Assembly (NCBI RefSeq): GCF_018350175.1
Contig: NC_058368.1
Span: 114,144,001 to 114,208,000 of the forward strand
Direction: 5' to 3'
DNA length: 64,000 bases
DNA from: Felis catus
Lineage: Eukaryota
Positions within the stretch are counted from its first letter, which is position 1. The number at the start of each line of letters is the position of its first letter. Shown piece after piece: positions 47,600 to 61,557 of the stretch. A model generated the notes under the pieces. That model ran no database searches. It was not told where the DNA came from and saw nothing but the letters and a program-made list of their open reading frames with translations. The position numbers and the translations under genes are program-made.

Positions 47600-50500
47600 A
47601 GAAAGAATAAAAACAAACCACGAAAACAAAAATATGTACATTCCTAAGGGCAGAATAATCAAAACAAAAATGAAAATAAAATATAACACATGGTAAAAAA
47701 TTTAAAATGTAACATAAAACGGTATGATGTAACTGTGACCAGGTATGTCTGACATATCAGTAAAAGCAACTAAGCTTAATTTACTTAAAAAGAAAAACAT
47801 TTTCAGATTGAATCACAAAGCAACATCTAGTTCTATGCTATATCCTAAAATATATACGTAAAACAAAGTGACTCAGAGAAATTCAATATAAAACCATAGG
47901 CAAAGGTCTACATAGGCAAGCAAAAGATAGGGTGCGCCTGGGTGGCTCAGTCAGTTAAGCATCCAGCTGTGGCTCAGGTCATGATCTCAGAGTTTGTAAG
48001 TTCAAGCCCCGTGTTGGGCTCTGTACTAACAGCTCAGAGCCTGGAGCCTGCTTTGGATTCTGTGTCTCTCTCTGTCTCTCTACCCCTCCCCCGCCCATGC
48101 TCTCTCTGTCTCCTAAAAATAAACATTAAAAAAATTTTTTAATAGACAAGCAAAAGATATCAGAGGACACAACTGAATATAAGTCAAGGTAGAATCCTAG
48201 AAATAAAGCTGTAAATGAGATGAAGGCCACTTTATAATGATAACATCAATTTTAATAGTTGTGGTTATCCATGCACCAAATAATATAACATCAACTTCCA
48301 TAAGGTATGGACTACTAAACTTACAAAAGGAGAAATAGGGGCATCTGGGTGGCTTAGTTGGTTGAGCATTTGACTCCTGGTATCGGCTGAGGTCATGATC
48401 TCATGATTTGTGAAACTGAGCTTACCTACGTAGAGCTCTACACGGGCAGCAAAGAGGCTGCATGGGATTCTCTCTCTCCCTGCCCCTCCCCCTACTCAAC
48501 ACACTCTTTCTCTCTTAAAAATTCTCTTAAAAAAAGAATTATTTTTTAAATAAAGGGATAAATAAGGAAAAATAAGAGGATAAAACTCAAACAATAAAAT
48601 GAATAAGGTGATCCTACAGTTATATATATTTAACTCTGTAAGAATATACATCTGCTTTTTAAAAACCCATTCATGAAAAATGATCACATACTGGAGCACA
48701 AACAACCTCAATAAATTCCAATAAATTAACCAACTGGTTAATACAGAAAAAAATGATCTGAAAGCAACATAATAAAAATGTTCTAAGAAAATCAGAAAAT
48801 AAAAACATTACTTAACCAAGATTTTAAACTATTAATTCTTGAATCAAATGGGAACTACAAAATGAAACCGTAGAATTCTTATAAAAACAATAAAAACAGT
48901 ATATAGGAGAATCTATGAGATTAAAGTCAAATGCCAGAGGAAAATCAGTAGCCTTAAATTTATCAACAAAAACCAAGACTGAAAAGAAATTGATTTTAGC
49001 ATGTAACTCAAAAAGTTGGGAAAGAGCAATAAATAGGAAAACAACAAATAAGAAATAAAGATAAAAACAGAACTAGTGAGTGGCAAACACAAAGCTGTAT
49101 AAATAAATAAAAAGGCTGGTTCCTTGAAAAGATCCGTAGGGGGGAAAAAAATAAATCAGTGGGAAGAAACCATTAGCCAACAAATGGAATAAAGGAGAGA
49201 AAGCATAAACATACAAAGAAGTTACAATGGGAGAAATAATGAAGAAATAAGGAATTTAAAAAAATATCAATGAGGGGCACCTGAGTGACTCAGTTGGTTG
49301 AGTATCTGACTCTTGACTTCAGCTCAGGTCATGATCTTTGGGGGTTCAAGCCCCACATTGGGCTCTGCACTGACAGCATGGAGCCTGCTTGGGAGTCTCC
49401 CTCTCCCTCTCTTTGCCCCTCTCCCACTCACACACTCTCTCTCACTTTCTCTTAAAATTAATTTTTAAAATATCACTGAAAGAAATTGAAGAAGACACAA
49501 ACAAATGGAAAGGTATTCCAGGCTCATGGATTAGCAGAATTAGTATTGTTAAAATGTTCATACTACCCAGAGACAATGTACAGATTCAACGCAATGCCTC
49601 ACAAAACTCCAATGGCATTTTGCACAGAAATAGAACAAAAAGTCCTAAAATATGCATGGAACCGCAAAAGACCCCAAATAGCCAAAGCAGCCTTGGGAAA
49701 GAATAACTGAAGAAAGAAGAAACTTGGAGGCATAACACACCCTGATTTCAAACTATATTACAAAACTATAGCAATCCAAATAATATGGTATTAGCATAAA
49801 AAGAGACACAGAAACCAATGGAATAAAATAGTCTGGAAATAAACCTTTCCACATATGGCCAATTAATTTATGACAAAAGATCCAAGAACATACAATGGGA
49901 AAGGGATAGTCTCTGCAATAAATGCTGCTGGGGAAACTAGAGAGCCACATGCAAAAGAGCAAAACTGGACCAGTATCTTCCATATAATTTACACAAAATT
50001 GCACAAAATGGATTAAATACTTGAACATGAACACCCAAAACGATAAAATGCTAAAAAGAAAACTTAGGCAGTATGTTCCTTGTCCTCAGTCTCAGCAATG
50101 ATTTTTTGGATCTGACACCAAAACCAAAGGCAGCAAAAGCAAAAATACAACAAATTGGAATACATAAAGCTAGAAAGCTTCTGTACAACAAAGTAAACAA
50201 CAAAATGAAAAGGCAACATAGTGAATAGAAGAAAATATTTACAAATTATATATCTGATAAGGAGTTAATATCCAAAATACATAAAGAACTCCTACAACTC
50301 AATAACAAAACAAACAAACAAACAAACAAAAAAAAAACACCAAACAATACCATAAAAAGTGAGCAGAGGATCTGAATTGACATTGTCCAAAGACATACAG
50401 ATGGTCAACAGGTACATGAAAAGGTGCTCAACATCACTCATCAGGGAAATGCCAGTCAAAACCATGAGATATTACATCACACCTGTTAAAATGGCTGTCA

Positions 50501-50790
50501 TCAAAAAGACAAACAATAACAAGGGTTGGCAAGGATGTGGAGAAGAGGGAACCCTCCTGTACTGTTGGTGGGAATGAAAACTGGTGCAGCCACTGTGGAA
50601 AACAGTGTGGAGGGACCTCAAAAAAATGTAAATTACAACTAACATATGATTACCAGTAATTCCACTTTTGTTTTGAAGGGAACAAAAACTCTTAATTCAA
50701 AAACATATCCACAGCCCCATTTTCACTGCAGCATTGTTTAGAATAGCCAAGACATGGAAATAACCCAAGTGTCCATCAATGGATAAAGAA

Positions 50791-50840
<50 letters not shown>

Positions 50841-52650
50841 CTCAGCCATTAAAGGAAATCCTGGGGTGCCAGTGGCTCAGTCAGTTAAGCGTCCAGCTTC
50901 AGCTCAGGTCATCTCATGATTCATGAATTCAAGCCCTGCATCAGGCTCTGGGCTGACAGCTCAGAGCCTGGTGCCTGCTTAAGATTCTGTGTCTCCCTCT
51001 TTCTCTGCCCCTCCCCTGCTGGTGCTCTGTCCCTCTCTCTCTCAAAAATAAATAAGCATTTAAAAAATTATTAAAAAAGAAAATCCTGACATGTGCAACA
51101 ATATGGATAGATTTTGGTAGCATTATGTTAAGTGAAATAAGTTAGAGAAAGACAGATACTGTATGATCTCACTTATATGTGGAATCTAAAAACAACAAAA
51201 ACAAAAAATGAACTCATAAAACAGAACAGATTGGTAGTTGCCAAGAAACGGAGTAGGGGCGAGTAAAATGGGTGAAGGTGATCAAAAGGTACAAACTTAT
51301 AATTATAAAATAAGTAAGTTCTGGGGATGTAATGTATAGATGATGACTACAGTTAACAATACTGTATTGTATATTTGAAAGTTGCTAAGAGAGTAGATCT
51401 TAAAGTTCTCATCATAAGAAAAAAAATCTATTAACTGTGTAGTGATGAAGGTTGACTAATAATTACACTTACTATAGTGATCATTTCACAAAATATACAT
51501 ATATGAAATTATGTTGTACACCTGAAAAAAATCACTAAGAGACTTTTTTGTATAACTTTATGCAAATAATGTTTGAAAAACTGAAAGCAGTGGGTAATTT
51601 TTCTCTGAAAATAAATTTATCAAAACTGACCCCAGAAAAGATTTTTAAAAACCTAAACAAATCCACTCTGTAGAAGAAATAAGGTCATGAAAGAGCTACC
51701 TGAAAAATAAATGAGGCCCCACAAATAAATTGTATCATATTTGTAAGGAACAAATAGTTTCAAACTATTCAAGCTGTTCCAGAGAAAAAAGAAAATGGAC
51801 AACTGTCAAATTATTTTTATAAAATGGCTATATAGTCATCATGTAAAATGACTATACACACACATACACATACCAGTTATAAATTTTGAAGTAAAAATCC
51901 TAAATAAAATAATAGCAACAGAATCGAACAGAACACAATAATATAACATGATTCAGTAGGGCTTACTCTAAGAATGGAAAGATGGTTTAAAATTGGGTAA
52001 TCAACTAATTAACATAACTCATTCTATTAATAGATCCAAAAGGAAAGTTACATGATCATTTTCCACAGATGCTAGATATTTGGGAAGATTCAATATCTAA
52101 TCTTAGGACAACAAAACAAAACAGGAATCAATGAACACTTCCTTGATATGATAAAAACATTTATCTCACCCTCCCCCCCACCAAAAAACATATCTATCTC
52201 ACCCCTAAGCTAGTACCTTACTTAACAGAGAAACAATGACATGTCAGGGACAAGGGACAAGAAAGGATGTACTGGAGGGATCAGCCAAAACAATGAAGAG
52301 AGATAAATTAGAAATGTTAAGAATTGAAAGGGAAGAGATATAAATAAACTACTTCTATTTGACTTAGGATTCTCTTAAAGCTTCCTAGGTCTGCCAACTA
52401 GGTATTCAAGTTTCCTGGGTATGCAAGTACCAGAATTCAATACAGCATTAGGAAAAAAATAATCTAAGTAAATGCAATTATCCAAACACCAACCAGTTCA
52501 TTAAAAATTATAGAAGACTCTATAATAGCAACAAAGAAAATGCCCAGGAATTCATAAAAAGTGTTTAAAACCAAGAAATGGAAAAATTTTAAACATTCCT
52601 TAAAGACACAAAAATATACTTGATGAAATAAGAATATATACTGTGAGTCA
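47600..52650 (+). mobile_element. Degraded old L1 ORF2 hosting a younger L1 3' portion (~49480-51527), CAN-SINEs (~47929, 48338, 49274, 50862) and (TG)n at ~50793-50836
   Basis: L1 ORF2 remnants ([38 protein letters not shown]). Confidence 0.8.
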
Positions 52651-52659
52651 GGACTTAGG

Positions 52660-55237
52660 AAAATGGAAACCACATTATATATTTCAAACAAGAAATTAAC
52701 TACAGGGAAATGATTACATGCGGAATGGAAGGCAGAAAAACTAAAAACCCTGATGCAACTCAGACTGTAGGAGGATGCTACCCCTCCCAAGGCTGAGGTT
52801 ACAAAAGGTGAAGTTTTCTGAACCTTATCTTAGAGACTCAGCCTCCAGAGCTGTCTAGTGAGACCTCTGAGGGTAATCCCCATCCCACCCCTGCCACTAC
52901 TGTTTCTGAGTGTGATGGGCCTGGTTCTGGTTATGCCAAAGACATCAGGAACGCCGCAGCCTGGAGCCAACCACTGCTGCTGGAGACAACTACTATTTGC
53001 AGAAACAATGGTGATAGATAAAAACCCAGACTCTCCTGCACCCCTCCATCCTCCACGAAGGCAGAACCTAACAAGCCAGTGTAGCAAAAGCCTGAGGAAT
53101 GAGGTTAGTAAAACCTGAGACCCAGCATCAGAGTTTAAGAAGGTGTTTTGAGGGGTGCCTGGGTGGCGCAGTCGGTTAAGCATTCCACTTTGGCTCAGGT
53201 CATGATCTCGCCATTTCTGAGTTCGGGCCCTGCGTCAGGCTCTGTGCTCACAGCTCTGAGCCCAGAGCCTGTTTCAGATTCTGCGTCTCCCTCTCTCTTT
53301 CTGCCCCTCCCCCACTCACGCGCACACGCTCTCTCTCAAAAATAAATAAAAATATTAAAAAAAAAAAAAAAAGAAGGCAAATTTTGAGTTGAGAGAGATC
53401 AAATAGTCCAGCTCATCCTTTCGGCTTTTAGTACACATGTGTGAACTTCTATAAAACAATAATAACTATTTTCCAAGGTTCCATTGAATAAGTTGGAATT
53501 ATCCTTTATACAAATGAAGGCACTTTTCTCCTCTCCCCCAAAAGGGAAAAGCACAGTCCCAACAGTAACTGTCTCTCTCTCTGAGTGATATTAAGACCTT
53601 TTCTACTGATATCACAATTCCTTAAGAACTTAATGTTCAAACTACTATTTATGGATTTATTTATATTAAGTAAACTCTACCCTAATATAGGGTCCCAAAC
53701 TCACAACCCTGAAATCAAGAGCTGCATGCTCTGCTGAGACAGCCAGGCGCCCCTCAACTACACAGTCTATTTTTGTTCCTAAGAGTATCAGGAGGCATCC
53801 CCCAGAGAATTCCCTGGGTTCCAAATACAGCCCTCTCTGAGCCCATTCTGTAGCAGCAGTCAATTTTTCCTTGGCAATTGGGATCAGTTACCTCAGTTAG
53901 TTGAGTAACCGCTTCTTTCCCTGCTGGTTCTGTAGCCTGAGGAATCCCAAAGGGCCAGGTGTTCATCTCATATTCTTAAAAGTCTGTTATGTCCCTTGCT
54001 GGAAATAGGCTATCTCTGAGGGTCTGTTTCTTTGGAGTTCCCCTGCTACCAAGTACTCATTAGTTAGGGTCCAGTGGACTACACTAGGTAGTCCAAAAAG
54101 AGGGTATTTACCACAGAGAATTCCTTTCTGAGGTAGTAGAGGACTAGAAGAGCCAGTGTTTAACACTAAATTAATCCAGAGACAACAGAAAGAGACAGCT
54201 ACCATCTACAGGAAGAGGTGAGGGTGTAAGGACCTTGGAACTTGGAGAAAATGCCCTTGAAGAGTCGGTGCTCTGCTTGTGAGGAAAAGCATCACTTTCC
54301 TGTGAATGTCAAGGCAGGCTTCACAGACGTAGTGATAGCTGAGATGGGTTTTCTGAAGGATGAGTCAAGTTTACTAGGCAGTCTGTTTAACCCAGGCTAC
54401 TTACACATCTACATTTTAATTAGGCCTGGTCATTTAGAAATAGTTGCAGGGCCTACCGCTTTACCACATTAAATTTATCGGTGACTGTGTAAAAACATAA
54501 ATGCTATAATGTGGCCAAAATAAAAGTAGCAAGATTGAAAGCCATCCTTTCCTACTTCTGATATGTTGGTTTAACAATAGACACTGTCTGATAGAATAGT
54601 TTCTTTGACCAGAATAGCATACATTTATGCTTGTATGGACAAGGGCATCACCATCCTCTCTGAGGAAAGTAATCAGAATGCTTATAAAGGGATCAACTTA
54701 GTTACTTCACATTATTGCTGGAGCAGGACGGTATCAGATACTGGGAAGTTTCTGGATCATATCTGGGTGCAATGTCTCTTCTTTCCCTTTTTTTAGTGCT
54801 GCCCCTATTTTCCACAACATCACTTTTTTTTCCCCTAAAGTTGGGAAAATGTTATTTGGATGCTAAAAAGGAAGTGGGTGGTAGTGAGGACAAAACACAG
54901 GAAGGACTCTTCAGAAGCAGAGAAAAATGCAACAAGAATTCGCTGGTATGAGGAGCTTATTTTGGGGTCTGTGGACAGACTGGAGTGCATATATTGATGC
55001 AGTAATCCCGAAAAAGGGACTAGGGACTGTTAGGTAAGACTGCAGGGGTCTGGCTGCGAAACAGCTGGGAGAACATATACCCACAGATGTACTCTGAAAT
55101 ACATTTGCTTCATTAAACAACAAAAGTACAGAAAAGAGCAGCCCAGCTTTGGCCAAGTGAAGAACAGAAAACCAGAAAAACTCAGCTGGAGAGGCACAGG
55201 GGAAGAGGCAGTGAAGAACAAGCTGAGGATTTTAATT

Positions 55238-55291
<54 letters not shown>

Positions 55292-55430
55292 AACCCACCC
55301 AAACAAGAGTGAACAGTACTAACACCAAGCCCTCTCAAGTGAATCTGCTGATGCACAGACTGAAAAAACCAGGAAGGGCAAAAGTCCAGTGGGGCTCAAC
55401 ATCACAGCTCTGGAGAGTAAACTACACAGT
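52660..55430 (-). mobile_element. Degraded ERVL-class LTR retroelement internal region with a dUTPase-like remnant, plus SINEs (~53151-53370 +, ~53645-53755 -) and (CA)n at 55241-55286
   Basis: Minus-strand translation GKEAVTQLTEVTDPNCQGKI resembles ERVL dUTPase KKGVTVLAGVIDPDYQ.EI; boundaries uncertain. Confidence 0.5.
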
Positions 55431-55450
55431 TTAAGATTCTCAATGCTGTG

Positions 55451-56682
55451 GGAATGCAAACTGGTGCAGCCACTCTGGAAAACAATATGGAAGTTCCTAA
55501 AAAAACTAAAAATAGAACTACCCTACGACCCAGCAATTGCACTATGAGGCATTTATCCACAGGATACAGGTGTGCTGTTTTGAAGGGGCACATGCACCCC
55601 CATGTTTATAGCAGCACTACCAGCAATAGCCCAAGTATGGAAAGAGCCCAAATGTCCATTGATGGATGAATAGATAAAGAAGATGTGGCGCGTGTGTGTG
55701 TGTGTGTGTGTATACATATAATGGAATATTACTCAGCAATCAAAAAGAATGAAATCTTGCCATTTGCAACTATGTGGATGGAAATGGAGGGTATTATGCT
55801 AAGTGAAATTAGTCAGAGAAAGACAAAAATCATATGACTTCACTCATATGAGGACTTTAAAAGACAAAACAGATGAACATAAGGGAAGGGAAACAAAAAT
55901 AATATAAAAACAGGGAGGGGGACAAAACAGAAGAGACTCATAAATATGGAGAACAAACTGAGGGTTACAGGAGGGGTTGTGGGAGGGGAGATGGGCTAAG
56001 TGGATAAGAGGCACTAAGGAATCTACTCCTGAAATCATTGTTGCACTATACGCTAACTAATTTGGATGCAAATTTTAAAAAATTAAAATTAAAAAAAAAT
56101 CAACTCAAAAAAAAAGTAAAAAAATAAAGTTACCCTGATAAAGAAAACAGAGAAAGACACTAAAAGAAAAAAAATGTACAGACCAACATATTTCATAAAT
56201 GCAGATGCAAAAATCCTCAACAAAACATTGGCAAATTGAATTTAACAATAAAGCACTGTGACCAATGGGGTGTCTCTCAGGAAGGGAATGTTGAAAATTA
56301 ATGAATGCAACTCACCATACCAATAGAATAAAAAGGAAAAGAACAAATAATAATTTATGTACCTTAAAAAAAAGCATTTCACCTAAGTCAACATTCAGCC
56401 ATAACAGAAACTCTCAGCAAACTGTAGAAAAGAGATTTTACAAGACTTCATAAGGAGTATCTACAAAAAAACAAAAACAAAAACAAAACAAAAAAAAAAA
56501 AAACCCAAAAACCTGTCAGCTATAAGCCTACATACTGATGACAAACTGAATGCTTTCTCCCTAAGATCAGCATCAAAGCAAGGACGTCCATTCTCACTAT
56601 CTCTATTCCATCTTGTACTGGAGGTTTAACCAGTGCAATAAGACAAGAAAAAAAAATAAAGCCATTTAGATTAAAAAATAAA
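55451..56682 (+). mobile_element. 5'-truncated carnivore L1 with a ~560-bp 3' transduction
   Basis: 18-bp TSD AAGATTCTCAATGCTGTG (55433-55450, 56683-56700); two A-rich tails. Confidence 0.8.
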
Positions 56683-56774
56683 AAGATTCTCAATGCTGTG
56701 ATGCTTGGGTACCAAAGACTTAAGATAGAGAAAAATTTAAAGGTGCAGCCTATGCTTGTCCTCTGACTTGACAG

Positions 56775-56887
56775 GAGATTCAAAGTGCAGAGCAGATGAA
56801 AAAGTGGAAAGAGAGGCTTGAGAAAAAGTATTATTCTTCAGAAATTCAAGATGACTACCAGCCTGTCACGCAACAAGAATTTCGAGA
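56775..56887 (+). CDS. PKD2L2: PKD2L2 exon 13 (EIQSAEQMKKWKERLEKKYYSSEIQDDYQPVTQQEFR)
   Basis: GACAG| acceptor, GA|GTAAGT donor, 113 nt. Confidence 0.93.
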
Positions 56888-57139
56888 GTAAGTATTTGTT
56901 CTAACCAGGGCACTCTGGGATATCATGATATGGTGACTGGGGACATGAATTACATTATTTTCCCAAAATCAGAACCTTATTCTGAGATACCACCCCCTTT
57001 TTTTTCATCTTTTTACTCAACTTTGAAATTAATCAGAAAGCACAATACTCCATTTGTTTAAATGTAAGGTAAGAGTGAAACCAACTGCTTTTACTCTTAC
57101 ATCTCCAAATAGGAACTGTCATTTATATTTAAAAAAACA

Positions 57140-57340
57140 CTTTTTTTTCACGTTTATTCATTTTTGAGAGATAGAGACAGAGTGCAAGCAGGGGTGGGGC
57201 AGAGAGAGAGGGAGACAAAGAACCCGAAGCAGGTTCTGGGCTCCAAGCCTGCACAGAGCCCTACACGGGGCTTGAACTCACGAACCTGAGATCATGACCT
57301 GAGCTGAAGTTGGACGACTGAGCCACCCAGGTGCTCCCCC
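57140..57340 (-). mobile_element. CAN-SINE
   Basis: Reverse SINE body. Confidence 0.85.
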
Positions 57341-57575
57341 TTTTAAGTTTTTTAATGGGAACTGCCATTTATATTTAATATGCACAGCAGACCCTGTTCT
57401 CCACTATTTTAGAATATAAGATCCATAATTGGCCCTACTAGGCATGTTTTAGAAGCTTAAAGTATTATCTTCCCACCCCAAGTACTTCACAAAAGGCACT
57501 AATAACCTGCTGTCTCTCTATGCACGAAGGCATGTTACTGACCCATTCTCTGCTTCCTTCTAAATTATCCTGCAG

Positions 57576-57672
57576 ACTCTTTTTATATGCCGTGGAGCTG
57601 GAGAAAGAATTACACTACATCAGTTTAAAACTAAACCGAGTGATGAGAAGGATTTCAGCTCTACAAAATTAA
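57576..57672 (+). CDS. PKD2L2: PKD2L2 exon 14, coiled-coil C-terminus (LFLYAVELEKELHYISLKLNRVMRRISALQN*)
   Basis: CTGCAG| acceptor, TAA at 57670-57672; total CDS 1878 nt; donor CAG|GTGAGA 11 nt after the stop. Confidence 0.92.
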
Positions 57673-60600
57673 GACAAGTGCAGGTGAGAATCTGTGATAC
57701 AATCATTGAGCATTTGTAACAAAGATTTATCCCTGTACTGAATTATTTCCTAAACATGTACCCATTTCAGGTACACTTTAAAAACACTGTACCACCTATC
57801 ATCAAGCTATCATCAGAGTATAACTACCAAAATGATTTCACCAAAAGATTTCCAGAAATTAAGTACCCCTGAATGGGCCCCACTGTGCAATCCAAACAGC
57901 ACACTTCCAGAGTATACACACCGGTACACGTAAATGATTTTATAATGAGATTTATTATTAAATTCTAGGAATGTGGAGTTAAAGTACCAATGCTGCATAT
58001 AGTTCATGGGGCAGGTCTCTAATAGGTCATAAGCAGTTTTCTCAATGTTACCTAGAGTATAGGAACCGTTAGGTGTTTTCATCATGTACCATGTTATAAC
58101 TTGTCCTGGCCATAAATAAATTAATAAATACCTATGATTCTGGAAAACCATTATATAAGACCCCAAATAAAGTAATCTCACCTCCATTCCTCCCAGTTTG
58201 AGGTCATCTAGAAAAAGCTAAAGTGTACAAGAACAAACTTACCAATCATCTACAGAATTTTCACTAATATTTTCAAACTGGAAATTCATCTAGAAAGATT
58301 CTAAAGTAACACATTTAAAGTTTCCTAAGTATTTCCTCAACTACTCTAAAAGCAAAATATACTGTAAAAACAAAGAGCAAGGTAGGAGTATCAGAGTTAT
58401 GAGAAGTCAACTTAATGTATGAGAAATATGAATGAGGGTGCCGCAAAACCCGTCTGAGTGGTCGTAAAGTTGTGTGAGGTAACTCTTCTATATTTTTAGC
58501 ACGTTACATAAGTCCTCCTGGAAGAGCCATATGTTCTCTTGGCCCAAACAACATCATCTCACCATCATACTCAATTTCCACATTGGTGCTCAATAGATTT
58601 TAAATCTACCCACCTTCCTCAAGCCAGCCATGCATGCTCTTTTCTTAGAAACTGTACCTCAAGTATGCTTAATAGAATAATTCATTCCAACAAGAAATGC
58701 TGACTGTTCTCTCTGCATCTTCTAGACTTCCACAAGGCATTTAACAACATGGCCTTCCCTAGTCTTACCACTCCCCAGAGCTGTAGCCAGCCAAGTGGCT
58801 TAGTAACCATGTTGTCCCCCCGTGGTCCCTGAATGAGGTAATTCCAACAAAGCCCAAGAACATTAAGGCAAAGAAACACTTGACGTCTCGATTTTTTGTC
58901 TTTTAACATCTAGTGAAAACAAAAAACATTTACAATGACTTAGAACATTCAAGTTCTTTTATTACAAAAGTCTATACAATGAAGTGCCAGACACAGCAAT
59001 GCGATTATATTGGTGGTCATATATATCTATATATTATTTGTATATAGATATACTGTTTTTACTTGTACCAAAGTAAAACTCATCACAAACTGCCTAGTTC
59101 TACCACCTACTGCTCAACTATGACACACAAGTACTGTCACATAGCGTAAGTGCTGCCATGCTACTTTTATCTATTCTACTCGCAGCCAAACATTAACAGT
59201 GAATAATCAACACCATGAAGCAGCTGTTAATTCTAAAATGAAACCAGTCAGGCCACTGACTTATAAAAATATGGTACTCATATAGATTTAGCATTATAAA
59301 GAAGGAATATATTATTTAAAACATTTAAATAGTGCATATGGACATTTTTGCATGTGGTATATATAAACATTCATATAAAACAATACACAGTGCACATTAA
59401 ATTAGATGTTTGGATACACTCCTGTCTGGAGACTGAAAAAATAAATGCACACTGCATGCTGGATTCAAATCAAAGTGATATGATACTTGTTTTGGCATTT
59501 TCAATTTCATTTTTCTAGGTATACGTTATGAACAACCTAGGCATACCAAAAGGAAACCACACAAAAAGGGCTGGATTTAGTGCTTTATTCCCCAGTAAAA
59601 CTACATGTCCACCACCAATGAACATTCCCTCCCCCCGAAAAAGGCATTGCACACATAGGTGAAATGTGAAACACTAGAAACACTACTTATTATCAAGCTA
59701 CTTCATGTGCTTACTATGTAATAGTGCTGCAAGTCTGAGGTTCGTGCTTCCCTCACTTTTATTAAAGAATGTTGCAGAGGTCCATTTTTACATGGAACTG
59801 TTAATATTAGCTAGTTAAGAAAATCACGCATGAGTCAATGCATGCAAACCATGGGCACAAAGTGAGACACTCATCAATCCAAAAAAGCACCAAGAAAAGA
59901 ATTAACACTTAGATTAAGCCTGACCAGAATATGCTATTACTACTGTTAGCCCAAATAAAGTCACCATTCTGTGAAAACGATGAGCAGAATGATACCAGAA
60001 GAGTACTTGAAGGAAAGCCATGCAAAGCCAAAGAACAAAAAATCAGCTTAGAGTATATGACAAGGGGCATACCACTAGACATCTTTGAACACCACTACAC
60101 AGCTGCTTTAAATAGCATGTGCTGAGCCAAAGTGGTCCTGTTAGAGGATGTTTTCTTCATGGATTTTGCCAATTAAAAGAGAAAAAAAACATGATGTGAC
60201 CCCCGGAAGGTACATGTAAAAAATGCAGTGGTATAGCCCTTGTTAAGAACAGATTTGATTCACGCATAATGACTCTTTTGCCAACTTAGGCCCATCTGAT
60301 TGAACACACAAATCTGAGCACCATCAGTGTTCCTACACAGACATGGCTATTTTCTCACATTATCTGGAGGTGGGTGGGAGGAAAAAGTACAGGATCTGAT
60401 GCAGACAAATCACATCATCACCAGCTCAAAAAGAATAACTGAGGAAACAAACAGTAACTTATGTCCCATAGGCAGCATGTGAAATGATTCAGTTCTGTGT
60501 GTGATGTGTGGTGTGTGTGTTCACTATACTAATAAACAAGGTCACTTTTTGGTGTGCCCTCTGTTATCTTCATCCAGGAGCTGTGTGACCATTGAATTGC

Positions 60601-61062
60601 AAAATTTTGCTAACATATTACCTGTGAGAAACTTTCACTTTGGAAATTAAACAGAAATGTGTTCCACAGTAGGACTTGAAATTTCAGTTTGAGTTTGGTT
60701 TTCTAAGAAAACATAAGACATAGTTGCATATGTGCACATTTATAGGCTTTTCTTTCAAATTTTCAGTCATTCTGTAAGAAAAAGGCAACCGAAGAATTCA
60801 ATGTGAAGATGTTCCTCTCAATTTTCTTCAGTAATTAAAAAAATAATAATAAAAGCAAAGTTGGTAACAACAAAAAGCTTGTATCTCCAAAGTTCTTGAA
60901 GTTGAAAGAATAAAGTACTAGTCTTTTGCTAACAGGATGTATCTGTAGTACAAAACAATGAAGAAAACTGATGTTTGCTAAAGGTGAAGAGGACAGTCTG
61001 TGGTTAATATGGAACACCACGCTCCCTAGAGAGGGTCTACTTACCCTCCCATCATTCTCTAG

Positions 61063-61557
<495 letters not shown>

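Noticed and set aside
49389..50577. ORFs with L1 ORF2 similarity as an active element
   Set aside because: 5'-truncated, frameshifted and interrupted by a SINE
57813..58187. 124-aa minus-strand ORF downstream of FAM13B
   Set aside because: No recognisable homology or exon structure; it lies beyond the FAM13B poly(A) signal and is probably a chance ORF
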